Source: Mobula hypostoma (taxonomy: Eukaryota). Taken from it: a stretch of 64,000 nucleotides of DNA. The stretch's first letter is position 1. Every line of letters starts with the position of its first letter. The notes beneath the pieces are model-generated. The model was not told the DNA's origin. It did no database searches and saw only the letters and a program-made list of their open reading frames with translations. A program made the position numbers and the translations under genes. Shown here in pieces: positions 1-12,934 of the stretch. Location of the stretch: positions 41,232,001-41,296,000 of the forward strand of contig NC_086108.1 in the NCBI RefSeq assembly GCF_963921235.1, in the 5' to 3' direction.

Positions 1-51
1 GAATGTGTATTCTCAAATGCTCACCCAGGAGCCAGTGGAGGTTGCCAGCAT

Positions 52-990
52 GTTCAAAGTTCAAAGTAAATTTTATTATCAAAGTGCATATCCGTCACCA
101 TTTTCCACCTTGAGATTTATTTTCCTACGGGCATACTCAGCAAATCTATAGAATAATAACTATAACAGGATCAATAAAAGATCAGCCAGGGAGTGCAGAA
201 GACAACAAACTGTGCAAATGTAAATAAATAATGAAAACATGAGATAATGAGACATAGAGTCTTTAAAACGAGATCATTGGTTGTGCGAAAATCTCAGTGA
301 TGGGCAAGACCCTGATGGTTGAGGAGAAGAAACTGTTCTTGAACCTGGTGGTCTTTACTTTACTTTACTTTACTTTATTGTCGCCAAACGATTGATACTA
401 GAGCGTACAATCATCACAGCAATATTTGATTCTGCGCTTCACGTTCCCTGGAGTACAAATCGATAGTAAATATAGTAAAAATTTAAATTATAAATCATAA
501 ATAGAAAATAGAAAAGGGAAAGTAAGGTAGTGCAAAAAAACCAAGAAGCAGGTCCGGATATTTGGAGGGTACGGCCCAGATCTGGGTCAGGATCCGTTCA
601 GCAGTCCTATCACAATTGGAAAGAAGCTGTTCTCAATATCTGGCCGTACAAGTCTTCAAGCTCCTGAACCTTCTCCCGGAGGGAAGAGGGACAAAAAGTG
701 TGTTGGCTGGGTGGGTCGTGTCCTTGATTATCCAGGCAGCACTGCTCTGACAGCGTGCGGTCTAAAGTGAGTCCAAGGACGGGAGATTGGTTTGTGTGAT
801 GTGTTGCGCTGTGTTCACAATCTTCTGCAGCTTCTTCCAGTCTTGGACAGGACAACTTCCATACCAGGTTGTGATGCACCTTAGAAGAATGCTTTCTACC
901 ATGCATCTATATGCTCTTGTACCTTCCACTTGATGGCAGCAGCAAGAAACGAGTGTGGCCTTGGTGGTGGCAATCTCTGATGATGGATGT
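52..990 (-). mobile_element. Rex1/Babar-type non-LTR retrotransposon 3' fragment (host), interrupted by a second Rex1-type copy
   Basis: (TTTGAAC)n-type tail at 52-66 next to an AATAAA on the minus strand. The 3'UTR and C-terminal coding remnant resemble other Rex1 copies in the window, and the host resumes at ~912 after the nested insert. Confidence 0.75.
353..911 (-). mobile_element. Rex1/Babar-type 5'-truncated copy with (GTAAA)n tail, nested
   Basis: (CTTTA)n at 353-376 followed by TTTATT. ORF 610..906 ends '...HTFCPSSLREKVQELEDLYGQILRTASFQL', overlapping the Rex1 C-terminal region. Confidence 0.75.
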
Positions 991-1276
991 AAAGGGTATG
1001 ATGTATTTGGAGCTTTTGACTTAACCCTCTGTCATTGACCTTTATATTCCTTTCCATTGATGTATTCTATCTAGCTGAGTATCTCCAGTATTTGCTGCTT
1101 TCATTTCCGATTTTCAGCACTCTTTCTACTTTTCAGTTATTGAGAAGGTAGAGCTAAGAATTATCAACAGACATGTAGAAGCTGATGCTCTTTTTTTTTT
1201 GCGGTGAGGAACATCATGTGGATCAGATATAAGACTGATTCCAGACAGCCAATTGCCTATAGAGGTAGCGATCATC

Positions 1277-1502
1277 CATCTGTGGAATTCTCTGCCACAG
1301 GAAACAGTTGAGGCCAATTCATTGGCTATATTTAAGAGGGAGTTAGATATGGCCCTTGTGGCTACAGGGATCAGGGGGTATGGAGGGAAGGCTGGTACAG
1401 GGTTCTGAGTTGGATGATCAGCCATGATCATAATAAATGGCGGTGCAGGCTCGAAGGGCTGAATGGCCTACTCCTGCACCTATTTTCTATGTTTCTATGT
1501 AT
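1277..1502 (+). mobile_element. CR1 LINE 3' end, same subfamily as the full-length copy at 41.8-46 kb
   Basis: Nearly identical to the reverse complement of 41818-42045. Ends in the (TTTCTATG)n tail. Confidence 0.9.
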
Positions 1503-1910
1503 CTGAAATGTTTAATCTTAATTATCTCCTCACAGATTCTCCCTGACTTGCTATTTCTATCACTTTCCGTATTAGACCAAATCTTCTACAATTTGACCTG
1601 TTGCCAGTGCTAACTATTCATTTGACTGCAAAACCTACAATGGGGTTCCTCAGCAAACATTCTCTATGAAGACAGCTCCAACTTAATTGATAAGGTCCAA
1701 CATAGATTGGGCTCTTTCATTTACTTACAGGAGCCCCAAGGCATAGAAATTCATCTCAGTAAACTATACTCCAGATTTACAGACTGTTAGATAAATCCTA
1801 TGAATATCTAATATTAAAAAAAGCTATCAAAATTCCTGTTACCTTTTTAAAAAATAAAACAATATTTAAAAACTAATTAATTTGTAACTTTCTTTATTCA
1901 TACCTTCCTG

Positions 1911-3000
1911 ATCAGAATCAGAATCAGGTTTATTATCATTGGCATGTGTTGTGAAATTCATTAACTTGGCAGCAGCAATTCAATGCAATACGTAATACAG
2001 AAGAAGAAGAAAAATAATAAATATTGAATACATTAAAATCATGCAAAAAACAGAAATAATTGTATATTAAAAAAGAGAGGTAGTGTTCACGGGTTCAATG
2101 TCCATTTAGGAATCAGATGGCAGAGGGGAGGAAGCTGTTCCTGAATCGCTGAGTGTGTGCCTTCAGGCTTCTGTACCTCCTACCTGATGGTAACAGTGAG
2201 AAAAGGCCATGCCCTGGGTGCTGGAGGTCCTTAATAACGGACGCTGCTTTTCTGAAACACAGCTCCTTGAAGATATCCTGGGTACTTAGTAGGCTAGTGC
2301 CCAAAATGGAGCTGACTAGATTTACAACCCTCTGCAGCTTCTTTTGGTCCTGTGCAGTAGCCCCCCCCCCCCACAACCAGACAGTGATGCAGCCTGTCAG
2401 AATGCTCTCCACAGTACATCTATAGAAGTTTTTGAGTGTATTTGTTGACATACCAAAACTCTTCAAACTCCTAATGAAGTACAGTCGCTGTCTTGTCTAC
2501 TTTATAACTGCATCGATATATTGGGACCAGGTTAGATCCTCAGAGATCTTGACACTCCAGGAACTTGAAGCTGCTCACTCTCTCCACTTCTGATCCCTCT
2601 ATGAGGATTGTTGTGTGTTCCTTCGTCTTACCCTTCCTGAAGTCCACAATCAGCTCTTTCATCTTACTGGCATTGGGTGCAAGGTTATTGCTGTGACACC
2701 ACTCCTCTAGTTGGCATATCTCACTCCTGTACGCCCTCTTGTCTCCATCTGAAATTCTACCAACAATGGTTGTATTGTCAGCAAATTTGTAGATGATATT
2801 TAAGCTATACCTAGCTACACAGTCATGGGTATAGAGAGAATAGAGCAGTGGGCTAAGCACAAATCCCTGAGGTGAACCAGTGTTGATTGTCAGCGAGGAG
2901 GAGATATTATCACCAACCCACACAGATTGTGGTCTTCCGGTTAGGAAGTCCAGGATCCAATTGCAGAGGGAGGTACAGAGGCCCAAGTTCTGTAACTTAT
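1911..3000 (-). mobile_element. Rex1/Babar-type LINE, 5'-truncated, RT C-terminal half with frameshifts
   Basis: ORF 2540..3019 ([30 protein letters not shown]) and ORF 2113..2466 (FYRCTVESILT...HPGHGLFSLLPSGRRYRS). (ATTCTG)n tail at 1911-1926. Confidence 0.9.
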
Positions 3001-3759
3001 GAATGGGCTTGCTGTTCACATGCCAGGCCTAACCTTGTGACTCTTCATTTGTTACATTTCACAGCATAAGTCGTTACGTATCTAGATAGGATGCTTTCTA
3101 TGGTACATTGATAAAAATTGGTAAAGTTCGATAGGGACATAACAAATTTCTTTAGCCATCTGTGGAATTAGAGGCTGTGGCACTTACGTGGCTGGGCCAG
3201 GACAGGGCATTTATAATGTTCATTTCTACGAACTTGAAACTCAACCATCTCAACCTCAACACCATTGATGTAGACAAAGACAAAAATCTAATATGCAAAA
3301 GAGGACAATCTGTGCCAATAAAAATAATACTGCGAATGTGAGTTGTAAAGAGACCCTGAATGAGAGTCTGTAGATAATAGAATCATTTCAGAGTAATGGT
3401 GACTAAACTTATCTATGCCGGGTTCAGGAGCCTGATGGTTGTTGGGTAATAATTGTTCCTGAACCTGGTGGTGTGGGCACCAAGGATTCTGTATCTCCTC
3501 CGTCATGGTAGTGGCAAGAAGAGGGCATAGGCTTGATGGTGAGGGTCTTTGATGATGAATACTGCTTCCTGAAGTCAACGTCCATTTCTTCTGTTTTGCT
3601 GATCTTAATGGATAGGCTGTTGTCATGACACCATGTCACTAAGCTCTCTAACTCCTTATTGTTCTCCAACTTATCAATATTTATGAAATGCCCATGACAG
3701 TAGTGTCATATACAAACTTGTAAATGTAGTTAGAGCACAGTCTGGCCATGTAGTTTGGA

Positions 3760-5196
3760 GTATTCATAAGTTTTCACCTCCTTTAATATGACACACCCAA
3801 TCATTACTGTTGCAGCCAATTGGTTTTAGAAGTAATATCATTAGTTAAATGGAGATCACCGTGTGCAGTCAGGGTGCTTCAATTGATAGTAGTAAAAATA
3901 CACCTGTACCTGTAAGGTCCAACTGCAGGTGAATCAGTATCCTAGCAAAAAACTACACTATGAAGACAAAAGAACACTCCAAGCAATTCCATGAGAAGGT
4001 TATAGAAAATCACAAGTCAGGAGATCAATATAAGAAAAGTTCCAAGACACTGAATATCCCTGGAGTACAGTTAAGTTAGTCATCAAGAAATGGAAAGAAT
4101 ATGGCACAATTGTAAATCTGTCTAGAGTAGGCCATCCTCAAAAACTGAGTGACCAGGCAAGAAGGGGACTAGTGAGGGAGACCACCAAGAGACTTATGAT
4201 AACTCTGGAGGAGTTCCAAGCTCCAGTGGCTGAGATGGGAGAGACAGCGCATGAAACAACTGTTGCCAGGTTGCTTCAGCAGTCTCAGCTTTATGGGAGA
4301 GTGGCAAAGAGAAAGACACTGTTGAAAAACACTCACATGAAATCTCAGCTAGAGTTTGCCAGAAGGCATGTGGGAGATTCTGAATCGGTTAGAAGTAGGT
4401 TTTATGGTCTGACGAAACCAAAATTGAGCTTCTTCCTCATTATACTAAGTGCTATGTTTAGCATAAGCCAAACACAGAGCATCATCATCATCACCATCCC
4501 TACCATGAAGCATGGTAGTAGCTACATCATGCTATGGGGATGCTTCACTGCAGCATGTCCAAAAGAGCTTGTGAAGATAGAGGGTAAACGGAATACAATA
4601 AAGCACAAGAAAATCATGGAAGAAAACCTGCTGCAGCCTGTAAAAGACCTGCAACTTGGGAGAAGATTTGTTTTCCAGTAAGACAATAACCCCAAGCATA
4701 AAGCCCAACCCACACAGAAATTGCTTAAAACAACTAGGTTAATGTCTTGGAGTGGCCAAGTCAGGGTCCAGACCTCAATCCAATTGAGAATTTGTGGCTG
4801 GACTTGAAAAGGACTGTTCATGCATGATCCCCACGCAATCTGACAGAGTTTGAGCAGTTTTGTAAAGAAGAATTGGGAAAAATTGCAGTGTCCAGATGTG
4901 CAAAGCTGATAGAGACCTATCCCCATAGCCTCAAGGCTATAATTGCTGCCAAAGATGCACCTACTAAATACTGACTTGAAGGGGGTGAGTAATTATGCAA
5001 TTAATTATTTTTTGTTTTATATTTATAATTAATTTAGATGACTTTGTAGAGATCTGTTTTCCCTTTGACATGAAAGAGTCTTTTTCTGTTGATCAGTGTC
5101 AAAAAAAAGCCAAATTAAATCCACTGTGATTCAATGTTTTAAAACAATGAAATATGAAAACTTCCAAGAGGGGGTGAGTACTTTGTATCGGCACTG
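3760..5196 (+). mobile_element. Tc1-like DNA transposon of IR/DR type; left TIR missing
   Basis: Transposase remnant plus a ~220 bp right TIR ending CACTG (5196), with direct repeats GGGGGTGAGTA at ~4981 and ~5170. Confidence 0.9.
3960..4974 (+). pseudogene. Tc1 transposase pseudogene (frameshifts and stops)
   Basis: ATG at 3960 reads MKTKEHSKQFHEKVIENHKSG..., then KKWKEYGT..NLSRVGHPQKLS, ORF 4172..4681 (KHGSSYIMLWGCF...FVFQ*DNNPKH), WPSQGPDLNPIENLW, and ends TKY* at 4974. Confidence 0.9.
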
Positions 5197-5890
5197 AAGC
5201 TGATGAGGTACGTTATCTCATTTTTCTTAGGTACTGTGATGATAGTTGTCTTCTTAAAGCAGTTGGGAAACTCAGATTGATGCAGGAAGAGGTTAAAATG
5301 CCTGCAAATACCCCAGGCAGCTATGCAATGTCTAAGGACATGGGGTGGTACTCCTATCCAGGGCAGATACTTTTCAGGGATTCACTCTGCAGAAGACTGA
5401 TCTTACATCCACAATAATGCCTGTGGGTTCAGGTGCATTGAAGAATGTCGAGATGGGTGGTACCACCCATGTCTCTTCTGGTCAAAACATGCATAGAATG
5501 TATTCAGCCATCAGGAAGGGGTGTGTTGCTGTCAGTGATGCTGTCCAACCTTGTTTTGCAGCCAGTTATATGCTGCAGGTCCTGCCGCAACTGATGGCTG
5601 GTCTTGGGCTCTATTTTGGAAATGTATCATCTCTTAGCGCTCCTGATAGCTTTCTTGTAGAGGTCAGGGTCGCCTGATTTGAATGCCACAGATTTAGCCT
5701 TCACTATGGAGTGGATCTCCCAGTTCATTTATGGTTTCCCATTGGGAACATATGGATCGCCATCTCTGATGCTCAGTTTCAAGACGTTTAATAGTTTGTC
5801 TCATTTGCTTTGTTCATCTTCATTCCTATCTGCTTTTCTTCCGGTTTTTAAATCAAAATTTAATGAAAAGACTCCTCTTTTGCTTCTTTA

Positions 5891-7629
5891 ACAACACACA
5901 CAAACTGCTGAAGGTACACAGCGGCCAGGCAGCATCGATGGAAAACACTACAGTTGATATTTTGGGCCGGAACTCTCCAACAGGACTGGGGTAGGAGGTA
6001 AAAATAGGAGGTTCCGGGTGTGGGAACCGTGAGGTTGGTGGCAGTGGATGGGAGATCCCAGTTAATAAGGTTGATGATGGTGTGGGAGACGATGGACTGG
6101 TGCTCCTTCGTGGGGTCCTGCTCAAGGGGTAAGTAAGAGGAGGTGCCTGAGAGTTGTTACAGGGCCTCAGTAAGGGAAAGGGCAGTTCACCGGACTACTA
6201 CAATACCCTCCTTATCTGCGAATTTGATGGTGAGGTTAGGATTGGTGCAGAGGGAGTGGAGGGCAGAGTGTTCGGAAGGAGTGAGGTTGGAATTGGAGGG
6301 AGTCAAGAAAGTTGATGCCCCGTTGGCAGTTGGCAATGAAAAGGTCCAGAGCAGGCAGAAGACTAGGATGGGGTTTCCAGGAAGAGAAGGAGGGTTGAAG
6401 ATAGGAGAAGGGGTCATCGGTACAGGGAGAAGAGTCTAAGCCAAAGCAGTAGGCTTGGAGACAGAGGTGGCGGAAGAAGAACTCAGCATCATGACGGTGG
6501 AACTCACTGCGTCGTGGGTGCAGGGTGACAAAGGTGAGACAGTTCTGCCTCAGAGAGGGGAAGGTCAGAGGGAATAGATAAGAACTGGTACTGAGGAGAG
6601 CTGAGATCAGAAGGAGGATAGTCTGAGAAGAAGGGGGGGGCAGTCTGAGGTGTTCAGGGAAGGTGCGGTGAGAAGAAGATGGAGTCTCTGAGGACCCAAG
6701 AGCTGGCAGTAGAACCTGAGAGACAGGGGATTGGAGAGTGGTAGTAGGGGAAGGGGAGACGGGGGTTCCAGTGACAGTGCGTGAAGACCTAGCCTGGATA
6801 TACTGACGGTCAAGGCTGGAGGTTGCGCAATTGGCACTGTGGAGGTGTCCGAGGTCATTGGAACCCGCATTAATGGCGGTGCAGTCTGGGTTTTGAATCT
6901 GCTCTGGATCATGAGCGCCGTTGAGGTCAGTAGCAGGGATTGAGGTCTGGATTCATCCGGGCTTGCCAGCATTGGAGACAGCAGGTTCTGTGGTCTGTAG
7001 ACGGGCAATCTTCCGATCCTTGCAGAAAGTGGGTAAGTCAAAGAACCGGTGATTGAAAGTGTGGATCCAGCGGAGGATAAAGTAGCGGATAGGTGGCAGA
7101 GAGAGAATTCCTGAGTTGTGGAAATGACTGGGATAGGGACACCAGGTACCTCCTCATGGAGGAAAGCATGGAGCATAGAACGTGATGGGAGAAGGAACAG
7201 CAGAAGCAATCAATTTAATGTGAGTACCTGGAGTCCTCAGAGGGTCCAAACCAAGAAGCTTGAAAACAAATCTGGAAGCTGTGTGGTACAAGATGGCAGC
7301 GAAGACATGTCCCCAGAAAGGATATGTAGCTGTGGTAGTGGGCCTGGGTAAGCACATGGTCGAAGAGTCAGCGGGCTGCAGAGATCACGAGAGGAGAGCA
7401 GTGACGGTGGGTTTCGCTGAACTCCTGTCGAAGGGAAGATTTAAACTTCTTCGGGGTAGACATCCCTAGAAGAGTCTTCGCAATGCAGTAAACCTCTTCA
7501 GTGCCACTGAAGGGTCTCAGCCCAAAACGTCGACTGTACTCTTTTCCATGGATGCTGCCTGGCCTGGTGAGTTCCTCCAGCAGTTTGTGTGTTTTGCTTG
7601 GATTTCCAGCATCTGCAGATTTTCTCATG
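5891..7629 (-). mobile_element. Penelope-like element: 5' ORF part between inverted pseudo-LTR (pLTR) ends
   Basis: ORF 6187..6417 'LHSLCTNPNLTIKFADKEGIVVVR' is the Penelope IKxADKG motif. Ends 5891-5988 and 7498-7629 are inverted copies of the pLTR. 14-bp TSD CTTTTGCTTCTTTA at 5877-5890 and 7630-7643. Confidence 0.85.
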
Positions 7630-10374
7630 CTTTTGCTTCTTTACATCATTTTCATTGAGTTCTCTCTTGATTTCGAGGAACAACTTTTTTGCCAATTAAT
7701 CCCACCTGCTTTCCTCTTTATCTTACAAATTTACTCCTTCTCTCCCCTTCACCACGTATAAACATACATTTCTCTACAACTTTCTCTGTTTATAATTAAA
7801 TGCAATCAATCTGAAATGTTCACTCTGGTTTTCTCTTAACATCTGTTGTCTGATTTTCTGAATATTGACAGCATTTTTCTGGTTTAAGTTCAGAATTCCG
7901 TCATTCGTAATATCCCGCTTTCATAGCCTGCATGGAATGGCAATCTGCAGTTGATAAGGCACGAGTTTTGTTTACAGGAATAGTCATCAATACAAAGTCA
8001 TTAGAGTAACATTCGAAAATGTAACAAACTATATATTTATAAAGGATGTTCTTGGCATTGTTACTGGAAATAAAACCAATGCCAAGATTGCCAAATGCTC
8101 CGTGACATGATCCTATATTCAGTAAGCCACTGTTAAATAAATTAGGGATGGACACCCTTTCTCGACTTGGACGCTAAACATAAATTTGGATCAAACTTCC
8201 TAGGTGTGGGTCAAATAAGACGGCTTTTCAAATGAACTGCCTTAGGGCTGATGGAGCTAAGAGCCATAATACGTGTGACCTCTGTAATATTGTGAGTGCA
8301 GCTCTTCCAAGAATTGAAGCCAGTGACTAACTGCTCAATGTATGTTGTTGTTGCTAATATTTTAATGTAGAACTAGTCAACTCAGATCTGTCTATTGTAG
8401 AGCCACAGCAGGTTTCAGCATATAAGTCCCTAGTGGGTAATGGAAATTATTACTTCAAACTAATGCAAGACTGGTTCACAACTACCCTCAATTATGTATC
8501 GTTGTTGTGCTGTTTCATTGCATCCAAATGCTGCAAAATGTAAACCTCATACTTATATTTATGACTATTTTCGGTGTTTCTAAGCAACAACAAAATAAAA
8601 TCAAACTGGTTTCAATCAGTAATTTTAATTGTAATATGAACCAGAATTATCTTAACACAGTGGATGAAGATTTTCCCTGTGAAGGATTGGTGAATAAATC
8701 AAATATTTATAAACAGGTTAACAGTTCCCTTACAAAGAAATTGTACTCTATTTTTCTCACACATTATTCATGATGTTTCTTTTCAATGAGTAACTTAGAG
8801 TAATAATATTACTTCATTATCCAAATACATAAGTTAAGCATTTTGCATTATTGTATTATTATAGTTAATATTGAGTTGCACTAGGAAATAATCCTTATAA
8901 ATTGCTGGGTGTATGCAAACCCGAAAATGACCTTTTTTTTACACCGCTTTTTGCGGAGGGAGAGCTTGGAATGCTTGCAGTTGGCCTCAATTTCCTAGCT
9001 AGGCAGAGAGAACGTCCATCTCAGTCCACCTCTGAATCACCTTTCAACGTTTGCTGCTGGAGAGTGTGCTTATCTAAGCAATGGAAAAAGCAAGTGTGTG
9101 TTACATCTGTCCTCAATCCGTGTTTACAGTCAATGACAAAATTTGAGGAAAGGATCTGAGTTATGTTCGGCTCTGTGGCTTACATTTAATCCAAAGATCC
9201 TGTGTTCTCTGAGTGAGAAATATCAACATGCCAGGGAAATCTTAAAAGTGGGAATCAATCATTTCCATGTCATTTCCCTTTTCATTTGAACAACAGGTTT
9301 TCAATGTGTTGCACCTGCTTTTGTAACTTTCAAGAACCCGCTTCCAGTGACCCTACCCGCATCTAGGTAAACTGTTAATATTATTCAATTATAATGTGTC
9401 CATGCTGAAGTAAAATAAGAAATTTCATTAGATTTCAGCTGTAGCATAATGGCTGGAGAAGTTAATGATGAAGAAACAGCTCAGGAAAAAACAATGCTGA
9501 AGGTAAAACAGCTTAAAAAATAATGGCGGGCGAAGCAAAACACATTTGAAGATTCGATAAGGTTTTTACAGCTTTCAAAGTTACTGTATTGCCTTTATGG
9601 GAACCTTGGTGAGACACCTATAACTATTTACATTGACATAATGTTCATAATCACAAAAATAGTGATCCAAGGCCATTCCAGCAAAGATAACTAAAGGAAA
9701 ATGATTGGACAAAAGAAGGAAGGGTAAAGAGGCACAGAACTCAGAAATAGGTCCATAGACCTTTGGATATTCTTGCCAATGGGCCAACAGCTCACACTGT
9801 CAAGCCCATGTTGTGGCTCGTATGCAAAGGCTAATCCATGTCAGAGGAATCATGCACAGACATTTCCAATCCTCAAAACAGTTGTGAAAGCAAACCAACC
9901 TGAACCACGAATAGCCTCCAAAAAAAAACAAATAATCTGGTAGTGCTAGAGCGTTGATGATTAAGTGGCCAAAATCCAGACTTATAGCAGACATCTTCTA
10001 CAAACATTCAGTTTGTGGAATCATGCATAAAATATTCATAAATTGCTTGAAAATTACATGGAGATCATTGAATGAAAGGAATGCACAAATGGATTTGTTT
10101 CAGGTTGAGAGGAGGTATAAGAACTTGTTTAGAACTTTGTTGCTCCATTGAAAGAATCTTGCCTTTTGCTTTCACCAGTAGTTCAGGGAGTTGTCTGCAT
10201 CTGAACAGAACTTGTGAGCTGCTTCAGAGATCAGACCATCATATTATCAAAAGGCTATGAAAAAGCTTCTTGAGCTTTAACATTCAGCTTATCTAGTCCA
10301 GGGTGGCAGAATTTCCCTTTCCTAATCTAAAATTCTCAGAAAACTTCAGCAAAGCTCTTAAAGATATAATTTCA

Positions 10375-10550
10375 TAAACATAAGAGATTCAGCAGATGCT
10401 GAAAATCTTGGAGGAACTCAGCAAGTCAGACAACATCTATGGAGGGGAATGAATCTGGACTGAGGAAAGGTCTCAAAGATGAACCGTTTGTTCCCATTCA
10501 TTGCTTCTGCCTGGTTTGTAAAGTTGCTCCTGCACTTTGTGTGTGTCGCT
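10375..10550. mobile_element. Degraded Penelope pLTR fold-back mini-element
   Basis: pLTR motifs (cagatgctg..ggaggaactcagc) and their reverse complement (ctcctgcactttgtgtgtg) in inverted arrangement. Confidence 0.6.
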
Positions 10551-12229
10551 TAAGATGTATCTTATTCATAATCACTGCAGCGGGGGTTAATATGATACAG
10601 AATGCAGCTACCTCCAAACCAAAGCTATACTGACACTTTTGAAATGCCCGGTCCAGGGCATCACTTAGAAAGACAAGGACACTACCATAATGCAAATTAT
10701 GTCACTGCACCTGAAACTCCAAGTACATGCAGGTCAACACAACCACTTTATTGCACATATCACTTTCAGTTTCATAATACAGCCCAACAGGAGGTGGAAA
10801 TGGACCATCTTCACCCAGCACCAAAGCACTGGTACCCAGTACACATGATCTCCTTCCTCCTTTCAGGTTGGAAGTGGAAGTGCTTAGAAGCAGCACAAGA
10901 TTAGAAAGAAGAAAGCTAATACTATGAGCCTGATGTTGAAAGAGATTGTAACACGTATCAGTGAGTACCACCTCTTTAATAATTGTAGTATTTGACTACA
11001 ATTTTACTCTCTGTAGTTATTTGTTTCATTGTTAGTGTGAAATTTGCTAGAATCGATCTGTCTGCATGGGAATTATACACATGGTAGTTGAAAGACACAG
11101 TCCTATACATGGATGTAGAGTGCTCTCAGTGTGAGTGGTAACTCACCACAAGGATTACTAACTAATACCACAGAAAGTTTAATCACAAAATTGGGATAAG
11201 TAAGTTAACACATCAACTGTTTCTTGTCTTTGTCCTTGAACATGATGAGCACCAACTGACTCGTTACTTTGTAAGAGAATCAGCTTGCCTTTTATAATGC
11301 ACTCTGATCAAGCGAACAGTTAGGATTGAAGGGGATGTATTGGGAAATGGTCATGGTGAATAAAGGACGACAAACAGCAATTGCTTAAACCTCCTTTCAC
11401 CACTTAACAACTTGTTGACTGCTTGATAGTGCCCACTAATGGAAGGTCACTAATAAGCCGTCCACTCTCTGATTTCTTCGCACTCTAAAAAGAGCAAATG
11501 GCTGTGAACACAATGGAATTTACCGCATTCAAATAGCATGTGCACATGCCTTGCTTTGGTATTTACAGAATTTTGATTCACACAAGGGAGGGCACGCTTC
11601 ACCAGCACTGGCATTCACTCTACAATTATTACTGGCAATGCCATACAAGGAAAATGGAGAGTTGTGTTCTGGAAACATTTAGTGGGCTAATTTATTAATT
11701 GAGGATGAAAGAGCCAAAACATTGGTATTAAAGGTAAACTGAAGGAGTGACCACGCACGGTTGCAGCCTGGTAAGATCATAATCTCACTGTGCAAACAGA
11801 CATTGCTAGACATCTCAGTTCTAGGCAGCTGCAGAGCTGAGAATACACGTCATTGCTGAAGTCCACGAAGTGGTTTGACCTCATGGAAGTAAAAGGAAGT
11901 AGCAATTATATATTGTTTTTAATGTGGTAACTTGTCTCATTGGAGTGCAAGCCTTCAAGATTCTCTAATTCCTGAAGGAGCTCTGTGGAGACGCGTTGAG
12001 AGATCTCCTCTGCAGAGAACAACACTTTGCCTGACTTTAATCTGCAGGAACCGTAACTTCAGAGCAATGCAAATTTGCTTTTGGGAAAGCACTTGTGGTG
12101 TTTTCTGGGTCTGGGTAATGACTTAAATGAACTGGAATTAGTTTAGTTGTTTAGGAGGATAAGTGATTATATCCCATCTTTAAAATTTCCCACAAGTAAT
12201 GAATCTTGGAATAAGAGTACAACAGATGT

Positions 12230-12640
12230 GTGGTCCAGACTGATAATTGCCATTGAAATGCAGCATGAGACATAGTCCTGGAAATGAAACCTCAGCTAAC
12301 GCATCGGTGCAATCCAGTAAGTGAGCTATGATGACAGAGGTAGGTCTTCTTGTGGAGGCATTAAACCAAGATCCCTTCTGACTCCCTCAAGTGGACAAAA
12401 CAAACTCTCATGGCACAGTGTGGAAAGAAAAAGGAGAAACTCCTAAATGCTGAGCAATAATTATTCCTCCATTAAAGTCAGGTTTGTGCGCATTGTCCCA
12501 TCACTATTTATCAAAGCTTGCTGAGTGCAAACTGGGTGAGGTGTTTCATCATGTTGAAACAGTATTTGCACTTTAAAATGTTCTGTTATGCCCTGAGGTT
12601 GTCAAAGCCAGTACACAAAATGCATCTCCTCCTTTTCATC
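12230..12640 (+). mobile_element. Ancient Deu-domain SINE (SacSINE1/AmnSINE-like)
   Basis: Degenerate Deu-like core 'gaggcattaaaccaagatccc...ctcaagtggacaaaacaaactctcatggcacagt' and tail 'ccctgaggttgtcaaagcc...aatgca'. Recognised from memory of the consensus. Confidence 0.55.
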
Positions 12641-12934
12641 TTTCCAGAATTATTGCAGTCTGATGAACAGCCATCACATTAAGTTCTCGAATTCCTTGAC
12701 TCCACTTTATCTTTAGGGTGCATTTTTTTTGTAAGTGATTGAGTGAATGTTTATCTGGTTAATTATACTAAGGATTTTTTTTCCTTCTTCCAGATCAATA
12801 GGATTGAATGGCTATTCTGCTCTCATCTCAGCCTCATCTCCTGAGACCCTGCTGTAATCCAGTATTTTCCCCCTTGCTTAGTGAAATCTATATCTTCAAC
12901 CTACACTACATCCCCATTCTCTGCACCATCATAA

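Larger units (their letters stand above)
3070..5760 (-). mobile_element. Old degraded Rex1/Babar-type LINE hosting a second Rex1 3' fragment (~3275-3565) and a Tc1 element
   Basis: ORF 3424..3669 (LVTWCHDNSLSIKISKTEEMDVDFRK). Sequence at 5220-5400 matches the Rex1 region upstream of RT also seen at 61850-62050. Confidence 0.7.

Noticed and set aside
353..376. Short tandem repeats as a possible CRISPR array or satellite
   Set aside because: They are 5-8 bp LINE tail microsatellites without spacers, in eukaryotic DNA.
6607..7209. 200-aa Pro/Ser/Leu-rich ORF
   Set aside because: It lies within the decayed Penelope element and reflects its pyrimidine bias.
7497..7540. Additional hammerhead copies (also ~5950, ~13965, ~40345, ~51848, ~56366)
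   Set aside because: Core nucleotides (CUGANGA or GAAA) are mutated, so these are counted as decayed relics rather than ribozymes.
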